NCBI GenBank assembly: GCA_963664395.2
Contig: OY761159.2
Span: forward strand, 1,760,001-1,824,000
Reading direction: 5' to 3'
Origin: Candidatus Binatia bacterium
GTDB lineage: Bacteria; Desulfobacterota; Binatia; Bin18
DNA length: 64,000 nucleotides
Shown: positions 10,287-18,582 of the stretch, piece by piece
Layout: every line of letters begins with the position of its first letter
How positions within the stretch are numbered: the stretch's first letter is position 1
Translations under genes and position numbers: made by a program
The notes under the pieces: model-generated
Seen by the model: the letters and a program-made list of their open reading frames with translations, nothing else
Databases searched by the model: none
What the model was told of the DNA's origin: nothing

Positions 10287-10809
10287 CCATCCCCCCAGCT
10301 TTGTCGTGGCTGTTCTTGCGAGTCACCGCCTCATCGGCGGGGCGGATCGTCTGCACTGCGGCCAGCGCGGCCAGCCGTTCCAGGGCATTGAGTGGGAGTT
10401 CTGCCCGGATGGCCCGATACTTGGGAACGCTGTTGATGACCGTGCCGCCCAGAGCCCGGATGCGCGCCAGCAGCGCCGGCGTGACGTCGGCCCGGATGTC
10501 TACCGTCACCAGCTTGGCCAACGTCGGCTTGTCCGAATCCCGTCGGTGTGCTCCGCCCTCAGACGCCTGGGGCTGCCGGCTTCCCACCATATCCAGGAGT
10601 TGCGAACTCAGCTTCCGCTGCGCCGGCGTCCGTTGCGCCTTCTGGGCCAGTAGGGTCTCAATCTGCTGCGCCGTGGTCGTCGCCCGTTGCTTGGCGTCCG
10701 GCTGCACTGGCTGTGCGCAGACGGACTCGACCAGGAGCAGGAATACCACTGCGGCCCCCAGCATCCAGCACCCCGCGTCAAGATTCGCCCGTCCCCTCAG
10801 CTTTGTCAT
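10276..10809 (-). CDS. Stand-alone secreted subtilase propeptide-like protein (paralog of the N-terminus of the giant gene)
   Basis: Track ORF 10276..10899; likely start MTKLRG at 10809. Signal peptide, then AQKAQRTPAQRKLSSQLLD...VTVDIRADVT...IRALGGTVINSVPKYRAIRA...VQTIRPADEAVTRK, nearly identical to the giant protein's prodomain. Its stop overlaps the giant gene's start. Confidence 0.8.
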   Translation of the reverse strand: MTKLRGRANLDAGCWMLGAAVVFLLLVESVCAQPVQPDAKQRATTTAQQIETLLAQKAQRTPAQRKLSSQLLDMVGSRQPQASEGGAHRRDSDKPTLAKLVTVDIRADVTPALLARIRALGGTVINSVPKYRAIRAELPLNALERLAALAAVQTIRPADEAVTRKNSHDKAGGMDAY

Positions 10810-11240
10810 GCCTGGAGTCAATTCCTTCCAAATGAGTGCTGCGTACTGATAGTATTCCATATCAATGCTGGGTAGTGTCTCACTTTGAATGTCTTTCACC
10901 TCAGCCCCTGAGCGGGCCCCCGTTCGGGGAGGCAGGCCGGAGGGAAGAGTGACAGCAAGGCGTCCGCGGAGCGGGGCCTTTCAGAGGCAAACAGCAGGCA
11001 TGGGGGGCGGGGTGCGGGGAAGTTCATGTTTTTTCCTGGTCAGAATCTTTCAACCTGCGACGCTACGCATCGGGGGTTGAGAATATGTCTCTACCCCATT
11101 CCGCTCCCCCTGGCCCCCCTAAAATGGGAGGAATGTTCACCAAACATACCGGGGGCCGAGAAGCAAAAAGGTCAAACTGAGACACTACCCAATGCTGGCT
11201 GTCCACTCCTCCATAACAGCATTTGGATGCGCTCCTACGG

Positions 11241-13874
11241 TCAGCGAGCCGGTGCGGCTGAACTGGAAGCTGCGGGAACACCCTCCGCCGTGGCTTCCTC
11301 AATGCGTTTACGGACATCCGCAGCTATCTCAAGCACCTCCGTAGGCGCGCGAACCGTCTCGCCGCTACGCTGGCGCAGAGCAACGATCAGGGGTGCCAGC
11401 GCCCCGGATTTCGTCCCGTCACTCGTGAGGATTTCGACAAGATCATGCTCCGAAGCGCCGGCTGCAATTAAATTAAGCACGAGCCTCAGTATCTCATTCA
11501 GCACAGCTGTGTCGTTGGAAGGGAATACGGCATACGCGGAGCGGAACGCGGTCATGGCGGCCGACTGTTTTTGCTGGACCATCAGCGCCAGCGCACGCAA
11601 GCCAAGGACCTGCCATTTACTCCAGACTCTCTCGTTTTCGGCCAAGGTGTCGATTCTTCCTTCGAGTTCTTCGAAGATGTGTAGCGCCTCTTCCGCGCGA
11701 CCCATCTCGACGAGTCTCGTCCCCTTACAGCCCAGTGCAATCACCACTTGTATCCGCGTCTCTGGCGTATCACTACTGCCGTAGCGGTCAATCAACTCCT
11801 GGTACGATGCGATTTCTCCCTCGAAATCACCAAGACCGCCTCGCGTAGACCCTCGATTCAGAAGCGCAGTGGCAATCCAAGCATTGGCCTCCGGCACCTC
11901 ACTCTTGCCACAACGTCTGATCACCTCGTCGTACGCCGCGATGGCGGTTTCAGCATCCTTCTGCTGCGCCCGGATAGTATGCCCCTTTTCGAGAAATGCC
12001 CCGATAACCGACCTCTGAACTTCCGGTCTCTTGCTGTCTCCAAAGCGTTCCACAACGTCATCGACCAGCGCCAGCGCCGTCTCATAATTGCCCAGTGCTC
12101 TCTGCGCTTTTGCCTGGAAGAGCAATGCCTCGGCTATAGATTGCTGGAGGGGTGGCGCATTGAATGCGCTCAGCCTCTTCTCGACTTCTTTGCACTGCGT
12201 AATCGTTGTCAGAAAATCGCCCAGTTCAAATCGGGCCATCGCCCCCTGAAGCAACACTTCGGCGAATCGGTACAAGACTAGGACATCGCGAGCTTTGCGA
12301 AAACGTCCGCGGATGTCGTTACTAATCGCAATCACCGACTGGAGATCTCCCATCTGAAAATAAGCGCCGGCTTTCATATGTGACAGATAGGCAAGCCAAT
12401 GCTCTGACCTCTGGGACGTCTTGAGTCTCCCGGAAGCAGTAAATCGTTCGATGACCTCAATGACTCTCTCCAATGCCCCTTCCCGAAATGCCGTTTTGAT
12501 ATCTTTTTCGAGACGGTCTTCGGCCATGGTTTGGTGATGGTCTTCAGCCTCGTCTGATACCTCTTTGAGAAAATCCCATTTCATGCGGGAGGCTAGGTCT
12601 TCAGCAGGCGGTTTCCTGGCAAGTGCGCGAGCAATTCCAGCGTGGACGATCGCCGAGTCCCTGGCCTCCGACCACAACTGGTCGTGCATACGCGACAGTT
12701 CGGAAGGGTCGTAAAACGCCACCATGAAAAGGATGAGGTTTTCGACAACAGCCGACTCGTCACGTTCACGCCGGAGCTTGTAATAGATACTGTAGAGGGG
12801 CTCCGCGGCGGCATACGTCTGCTTTCTGCCATGGCCCGCCTTCCTGACCGCACCCCGTTTGACGAGCCGCCCGAGCATGGTCGATACCACCCGAACATCC
12901 ATCCGGGCACGCGCGGCGATCTCGCCGGGGCTCGATAACCGCCAGAGGTCCAGCACTGCGACATAGACGCGGCGCTCACTCTTGGGCAGCACCTCCAGAT
13001 GCCCCCGGAAATATTCGGTATGCTCGTCGATCAGTGTGACCAGCTCCTCCATCAGCCGCCTGAGGGACCGATGCTGCGCGAACCCGGCAATGATGACCAA
13101 CAGGCGGGGACTTCCGCCGGTCAGGATCTCAAGCGGCCTGATCTCACGTCCGCTCACGGTGTCACCGCTGACGACCTGCCATAAGCGCCGGCACTCTTCA
13201 GTATTCAACGGTTCCAACTGAACGGTGCGGAACAGCTCGAAGAACGGCTCCTGCGCATCGTCCAGCCTCTCGAAACGACTGGTGGCGGTGGCGAGCAAAA
13301 TGATCTGGGGTTCCGACTGCAACGTCCCACGCAGCTTCCAGCCAAAGTCGTCGTCTACGTTTTCGCAGAGCGCTTGCAGGTTCTCGACCATGAGCACCAG
13401 CTTCTTCCCCAGCCGGTTTGCCGCGTCCAGGACCGCGGCGTGGGCATAATCTTCTAACATCTGCTCACGCCACCGACCGGCCAGGTCGGCGTGCGTCGCT
13501 CGCAACTCCCGCGCGAACTCGGGATCGTGCGCTTCGCTCGCCCTGGCGAGGTGGAACAGAGTTTCGAGCCAGAAGTCGGCCAGCGTAAAAATCTCCTGGC
13601 TCTCTTCCATGAATTGGACTGGTAACAAACACTCGGAGAGGGCCGCGTCAGTGTGCAGCTCTGCGGCGACACGAGCGAGCAGCATGGTTTTTCCACGGCC
13701 GCGCGGGGCAACAATCAGAACGTGCTGGCAAGACGGCGATTCGATGTTCCCGCGCAGGACCTCAAGCACGATGTCGAGTTCGTGTTGCCGGACCACGAAC
13801 TGCGCTCTGATCTCGTCATCGGATTGGAGCGTCCCTGGATTGAACTTGCGGATCGACTTACCTAAGGCATCCAT
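11241..13874 (-). CDS. STAND-like P-loop ATPase with winged-helix HTH and C-terminal TPR repeats
   Basis: Walker A APRGRGKT; degenerate Walker B LVLMVEN; GxP motif LTGGSPR; HTH-like SPGEIAARARMDVRVVSTMLGRLVKRG; TPR-like helices such as ETAIAAYDEVIRR and EGEIASYQELIDRY. Confidence 0.85.
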   Translation of the reverse strand: MDALGKSIRKFNPGTLQSDDEIRAQFVVRQHELDIVLEVLRGNIESPSCQHVLIVAPRGRGKTMLLARVAAELHTDAALSECLLPVQFMEESQEIFTLADFWLETLFHLARASEAHDPEFARELRATHADLAGRWREQMLEDYAHAAVLDAANRLGKKLVLMVENLQALCENVDDDFGWKLRGTLQSEPQIILLATATSRFERLDDAQEPFFELFRTVQLEPLNTEECRRLWQVVSGDTVSGREIRPLEILTGGSPRLLVIIAGFAQHRSLRRLMEELVTLIDEHTEYFRGHLEVLPKSERRVYVAVLDLWRLSSPGEIAARARMDVRVVSTMLGRLVKRGAVRKAGHGRKQTYAAAEPLYSIYYKLRRERDESAVVENLILFMVAFYDPSELSRMHDQLWSEARDSAIVHAGIARALARKPPAEDLASRMKWDFLKEVSDEAEDHHQTMAEDRLEKDIKTAFREGALERVIEVIERFTASGRLKTSQRSEHWLAYLSHMKAGAYFQMGDLQSVIAISNDIRGRFRKARDVLVLYRFAEVLLQGAMARFELGDFLTTITQCKEVEKRLSAFNAPPLQQSIAEALLFQAKAQRALGNYETALALVDDVVERFGDSKRPEVQRSVIGAFLEKGHTIRAQQKDAETAIAAYDEVIRRCGKSEVPEANAWIATALLNRGSTRGGLGDFEGEIASYQELIDRYGSSDTPETRIQVVIALGCKGTRLVEMGRAEEALHIFEELEGRIDTLAENERVWSKWQVLGLRALALMVQQKQSAAMTAFRSAYAVFPSNDTAVLNEILRLVLNLIAAGASEHDLVEILTSDGTKSGALAPLIVALRQRSGETVRAPTEVLEIAADVRKRIEEATAEGVPAASSSAAPAR

Positions 13875-13891
13875 TGCAGGCCTCCTCGTGA

Positions 13892-15115
13892 CTAGTCATC
13901 AGAACGACGGCTTTCGAGGGAAATATGGTGGTCCCGGAAGCGGGCTGCCCACCAGTCCTTTAGCAAGCGCGATGGGAAGCGATAGCCACCGGCGCTGGCT
14001 TCCAGATAGCCGTCGTGGACCAGGACATCGAGCGCGTCCGTAATGCGCTCAGGTGCATCGTCGACTAGCTCCGAATACAAGCGCTCCAGGGAGCGCCTCG
14101 CACCTGGAGTGAACACATCCTGAATCGCCGTCTCAGCGAGAACCTCCATGGCAATGGAGTAGCTCTTATTCTCCAGGCCCTCCTTGAGGCGTGTCTCGTA
14201 ATGCATGAGGTCGCTTTGGCCTGAAGGTCCAAGCAGCGCGTTGCGATAGACATCGCCGACATCTTCCACCGTTACCCGGTCTCGGCCCTGCATGATGGCA
14301 TGGTCCCGTAATCGGGCGAAGAAAGACTGCACATGGTGGGGGATACCGAGGCCCAGCATGTCGTACACCGCCTCTGCCACGCCGTCCTCAACCGGTAAGG
14401 CGTAGTTCTCCGCGAGCCGGTCGAAACAGGTAACGCTGGTGTCACGGTCCCACGGACCCAGGCGAAAGGGATAGAAATGGTTGATGCGGTCGGGTATGCC
14501 GAGCCGCTTGACGAGCGGTTCGAGCCCAATGCTGCCGGATACGATAAGGACGAGAGAGCCGTCGCTGATACTTTGCAGTACACCGCGGAGCCAGCTCAGG
14601 AATTCGTCTACGTGCCGTGCGCCGTCGTTCCCGTGAAGAAGGCGCTTGAGGAAGATCGGTAACTCGTCAATGACGAGAAGCACCGGCTTATCCTGTGCGG
14701 CGCAATCGCGCAGCAGTTGTTCCCCGTAATGCCGCCAGCTTCCAGCATTGAGCCCGGCACGGACCTTGACGCGAAATTCGGACGCACTGACCTCCTCGAC
14801 CTTGTCGCTGAACCAACGACTCATCGTGGTGGCAAGGCGGGACGAGATCGGGCGAATGGGGTGCACGGCCTGTGCGATAGACGCAACCGCATCCTCCGCA
14901 CAGGTCGCCCCCTCGACATCAGTGGAAAGAAAAATCCACCCCTTGTTCTTGAGGCGGCGGCCGAGTTCCTGGGTGACACTGGTTTTTCCCATGCGCCGCT
15001 GTCCGGTCAGCAGTACATGGTTACGGTCTTGGACCTGTGTTTCTAATATCTGTAACTCGCGCTCGCGATTAAAAAAGTCGTCGCCGCTGACCCAACGGCC
15101 GGTGGATGATCTCAT
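13892..15115 (-). CDS. AAA/archaeal-ATPase-like P-loop protein with C-terminal winged helix
   Basis: FFNRERE motif, Walker A GQRRMGKT, Walker B LLVIDE, C-terminal LDVLVHDGYL...YRFPSRLLKDWW. Confidence 0.88.
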   Translation of the reverse strand: MRSSTGRWVSGDDFFNRERELQILETQVQDRNHVLLTGQRRMGKTSVTQELGRRLKNKGWIFLSTDVEGATCAEDAVASIAQAVHPIRPISSRLATTMSRWFSDKVEEVSASEFRVKVRAGLNAGSWRHYGEQLLRDCAAQDKPVLLVIDELPIFLKRLLHGNDGARHVDEFLSWLRGVLQSISDGSLVLIVSGSIGLEPLVKRLGIPDRINHFYPFRLGPWDRDTSVTCFDRLAENYALPVEDGVAEAVYDMLGLGIPHHVQSFFARLRDHAIMQGRDRVTVEDVGDVYRNALLGPSGQSDLMHYETRLKEGLENKSYSIAMEVLAETAIQDVFTPGARRSLERLYSELVDDAPERITDALDVLVHDGYLEASAGGYRFPSRLLKDWWAARFRDHHISLESRRSDD

Positions 15116-15125
15116 GGATTAGCCT

Positions 15126-15195
15126 TTACAACAAAAATAATGTCAACAGTTTTGTTGTAAGATATATTATTCAACAGAATTGTTGTCAACGGTTG
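15126..15195. promoter_or_regulatory. AT-rich palindromic operator array / promoter of the ATPase pair
   Basis: CAACA-N4-TGTTG at 15144-15157 and 15172-15185; inverted repeat TTACAACAAAA/TTTTGTTGTAA at 15126-15136 and 15150-15160; TTGACA on the minus strand at 15141-15146 and 15184-15189. Confidence 0.6.
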
Positions 15196-15606
15196 TCCGA
15201 GCGCTTGAAAAAATTCGAGATAGCCAACAAGAGCGAGCGCGAGGACCGCTACGGGAATCTGAATAGCCAAGCCAAATCTCGCACGAAGTCTTGCGACTGA
15301 CGATGCAAGCGCGTATATGGCAGCAGCCAGGGTCAGAAACGTCAGGAATCCATCTAGAGTCATACAATCCCTTTTAGCTATCAAGGAAAAGGGATATCTC
15401 GTAGCGCTCAGCCTCGCTGGCATTTCCCCGGTGGAGGTTTATCGTCTGTGTCCTGAGGCGAGCCGCGGCTGCCAGATTGCGCCCTTCCTCCCCGTATTTC
15501 CCCCTCACGTCTCCCTTCGGTACAGTGGGGTCGGGCCGTAGCAGCCTCATATGAAAGCCGGGGGAGGCGGGCCGGCCCCATAAGTCCAGAATCGGTCCAC
15601 AACGCT

Positions 15607-16053
15607 TCAATCTCCTGCGCTTGGGCTACACACGGTCAGGGAGACACAGGTACCGAGCTGGCGTAAGACAGCGTCTATAGTACCTGCTTTGGTGGCATGG
15701 TCCGGGTTCAACATACGCCGCACCTCGCTTTCGGCCATGGCCAAGTCGCGGGCGAGGCGTCGTTGCGAGCGGTTGGTCTGGCGCTAGGCTTCGTATAAGG
15801 CCGCTTTCAGGGCGATCTGGAGCGGTGGGACGACCAACGGCCGCCGTTTGCTGGCGCGCGACGGCTCGGGCAAGGCTTGGCCCTCGCGGATCGTCGTAGC
15901 GATCAGCTCCCGCAGTAAGTCCTTCGCCTCGTCCAGCGCTTCGTCGCGGGTCGCTCCATCTGTCGCCCCCCAACCGAAATCTGGAAACGTGACGACAAAC
16001 CGTCCGTCTTCATCACATTCGAGCTCCACAGGGTAGTTAAAAGTGTCAGGCAT
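15607..16053 (-). pseudogene. hicB: HicB-family antitoxin with C-terminal HTH, interrupted by an in-frame TAG
   Basis: YPVELECDEDGRFVVTFPDF...ATDGATRDEALDEAKDLL. TAG at 15784-15786, after which the frame continues SQRRLARDLAMAESEVRRMLNPDHATK to TGA at 15607. No hicA upstream. Confidence 0.75.
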
Positions 16054-16118
16054 AGGTTGCACCAGGGGTGGGTTCCTTTTTGTATCACACGTCTCCCTGG
16101 AGGGGTGGCCCGAAGTCA

Positions 16119-16191
16119 GTAGGTCGGATTAGCGAAGCGTAATCCGACACGTCCGGGCTGTCGGATTACGCCTGCGGCTAACCCGACCTAC
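16119..16191. repeat. GTAG-family REP doublet (REPIN-like)
   Basis: GTAGGTCGGATTAGCGAAGCGTAATCCGAC ... GTCGGATTACGCCTGCGGCTAACCCGACCTAC, two inverted REP-type hairpins. Confidence 0.8.
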
Positions 16192-16269
16192 AAGACTGTC
16201 CATCCCCAAAGAGGCGAGTGGTCAAGCGGCATCAATATGATATGAGGGAACTCTCGCAAGGAGGAAATA

Positions 16270-17089
16270 ATGCCGACATTCAGAACCGACGACGGAGCCG
16301 AGCTGCACTATAAAGTCGAGGGTAAAGATTTTGGCAACCCCGACCTGATCTTCATTCACGGCTGGTGCTCCAATCTGAACCACTGGGAGGCGCAGGCTTC
16401 TTACTTTCAGGACACCCACCGCATTCTCCGCATGGACCGGCGCGGCATGGGTCAATCGACCACGCCGGGCTCCGGCCATACGCCTCAGCAGCACGCCGCC
16501 GACATCGCAGCCCTGGCCCGCCACGAGGGCTTCACCAACGCGGTGGCGATTGCGCACGCCGGTGGCGGCCCGGCGGGTATCGCCTTCAGCCACGATTATC
16601 CGGAGTTGGTGAGCGCCTTCATCCTGGTGGACTCGGCGGTGTCGTCCGGGGCCGATGTTGAGAACCCGACTACACGAACCGACCGGTTTTACGCCGAGAT
16701 GACACAGAAACTGACGGCTCCGGACGGCGAGAGCTATTTCCGAGAGCTGTATACCAGCTTTTTCGGTCCGCAGGCCGACCGGGCGATGGTCGAGACTGCG
16801 GTCGGTGAGGCCTGTCGTACGCCCGTAGACGTGCGCGTCAAAGAGATCAGCCTGATGGCTTCTGACTCCGCTACGCCGGCAGCCGCCATGCCGCAGCCGA
16901 CGCTGGTTATGGTCGGTCCCTGGATGGCGGACGCTTTCCCCCAGGCCGCCGATCCTGAAGCATCTGCAATCCTGTTTCAAGCAGGTAGAATTTGCACGGG
17001 CAATCGGGACGGGCCACTTCCTGCAACTCGAAGTCCCGGACCAGGTGAACGCCTTTATCACAAGCTTTGTGTCCAGACTGGCCGTGTGA
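16270..17089 (+). CDS. Alpha/beta-hydrolase fold protein, frameshifted near 16935-16950
   Basis: FIHGWC and DRRGMGQS motifs; nucleophile elbow AHAGG. The canonical C-terminus GTGHFLQLEVPDQVNAFI lies in another frame, ending TGA at 17089. Confidence 0.75.
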
Positions 17090-17112
17090 CTATTTGAGAA
17101 AAGGACGAGGAC

Positions 17113-18582
17113 ATGCCGATTCAAAAATTTGCTCCCATGACCAAGGACTTCCCGACCTTTGACTGCGATGCCCATGTGACCGAGCCGCCCTGGATTTGGG
17201 AGCGGGCCAAGGACTGGCTGACCAAGGACGAGCTGGACGCCCTCAAGACCACCATCTGGTTTGATGCCGAGAGCAAGCAACTGATTGTGAATGGCGTGCC
17301 GGGGGCGGGTATCGGCTCCCAACTGATCGGCGGCCGGCGCGGCCGCATCCACGCCATCTCCTTTGCCGGGCCGGGGCTCAAACACGATATCCAGCGCGCC
17401 CTGTACGTCCGCAACCTGCATCCCGAGACGGCCCTGACCGCAGAGCAGGCCGACTATCTGGACCACAAGGGGTCGTATAAACCGCGCGAGCGCCTGCGGG
17501 ATATGGACGTCCAGGGCATAGACCAGGTGATGATTATCCCGACCGATATCGACACCTATCCCTGGCTGCAAAACGCGCTCGGGGCCAAGGCCATGTGCAA
17601 AGCCTATAACGAGTGGGCGTATGACTACTGTCAGGAGGACCCCGAGCGGCTCTATTTTGCCGCCCTGCTGCCCATGCAGGACCCGAAATACGCGGCCCAG
17701 GAAGTCTATCGGGTGGCGGACAAAGGCTGTCGGGTGGGCCTGGTCCGACCCGTGGACGCCATGGGCAATTATCCCATTCAGCCCAAATACGAGCAGGTCT
17801 GGCGGGCCATGGAAGAGACCGGCGTGGTGTACGGCATGCATCCCTTTCCGGCCTTTGGCTCACTCAAGCCGGCCGGCTATTCCGAACAGTACTCGGGCGC
17901 GGAGTTGGTCGCCCGGACCATTATATCCGCAGGTTTGCCGCACTCTTTTCTGACGAATGTGCAGAACTTTCAAGCCGAAGCCGCGCTATGGGTGACCATG
18001 GTCCTGATGTCGGGCTTCTTTGAACGCCATACCAAGCTCCGGGCGGCCGTGTTTGAAGCGTCTTCGACCTGGCTGAGCTTTCTGCTCGATCGGTGCGATA
18101 AATTCTACAAGCTGTACCGCAACGAGCGCGAACTGGCACCGCTCAAGCGCCTGCCGAGCGAGACCTTTTTTGTACATTGCGTGACCGGCTTCGAGGGCGA
18201 TGAGGCTCCTCCATCGCGTCTGCCCGAGTTCTATAAAGACATTCTGGCCTGGTCGTCGGATGTGTATCATCACGACGGCGACGATGTGTGGCGGGCGCTG
18301 GAGACCATGCGCGAGTGTGAGCTGCCAGAGTTCTACCAGAGTAAATTCCTGGGAGAAAACGCGCGTCAGCTCTACCATATCGAGACCCCGAAAACGTTCA
18401 TTCGGGAGCGGGTGACCGAAATTGAGCGGCCGGACTGGTGGCCAACCGAAGACGAGGTCAAGCGTGCCCTGGAGCCCGAGGCCGCGCTCAGCCGGCCCTA
18501 TCATGAACGAGGCCGACACACCAATGGAAACGCGGGAAACGCGGGAAACGCGGGAAACGCACCTGAAGGAGTCCGGGCATGA
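17113..18582 (+). CDS. Amidohydrolase_2 family protein
   Basis: FDCDAH, RLRDMDVQGID, AYNEW, GMHP and WSSDVYHHD motifs. Confidence 0.9.
   Translation: MPIQKFAPMTKDFPTFDCDAHVTEPPWIWERAKDWLTKDELDALKTTIWFDAESKQLIVNGVPGAGIGSQLIGGRRGRIHAISFAGPGLKHDIQRALYVRNLHPETALTAEQADYLDHKGSYKPRERLRDMDVQGIDQVMIIPTDIDTYPWLQNALGAKAMCKAYNEWAYDYCQEDPERLYFAALLPMQDPKYAAQEVYRVADKGCRVGLVRPVDAMGNYPIQPKYEQVWRAMEETGVVYGMHPFPAFGSLKPAGYSEQYSGAELVARTIISAGLPHSFLTNVQNFQAEAALWVTMVLMSGFFERHTKLRAAVFEASSTWLSFLLDRCDKFYKLYRNERELAPLKRLPSETFFVHCVTGFEGDEAPPSRLPEFYKDILAWSSDVYHHDGDDVWRALETMRECELPEFYQSKFLGENARQLYHIETPKTFIRERVTEIERPDWWPTEDEVKRALEPEAALSRPYHERGRHTNGNAGNAGNAGNAPEGVRA
18526..18560 (+). repeat. 9-bp tandem repeat (GGAAACGCG)x~4 in the amidohydrolase 3' end
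   Basis: ggaaacgcgggaaacgcgggaaacgcgggaaacgc, encoding GNA repeats. Confidence 0.85.

Noticed and set aside
96-10875. Dozens of plus-strand and off-frame ORFs (e.g. 2442..4013, 1318..2238)
   Set aside because: Shadow ORFs of the GC-rich giant minus-strand gene and its upstream paralog; no protein-like motifs.
15112-15423. Short hydrophobic ORF (MTLDGFLTFLTLAAAIYALA...)
   Set aside because: May be a membrane-protein fragment, but it runs through the AT-rich operator region and cannot be supported as a gene.
15400-15600. Possible structured RNA or group II intron fragment
   Set aside because: No domain V consensus and no reverse transcriptase gene nearby.
16222-17841. 539-aa minus-strand ORF
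   Set aside because: Antisense to the hydrolase and amidohydrolase genes.
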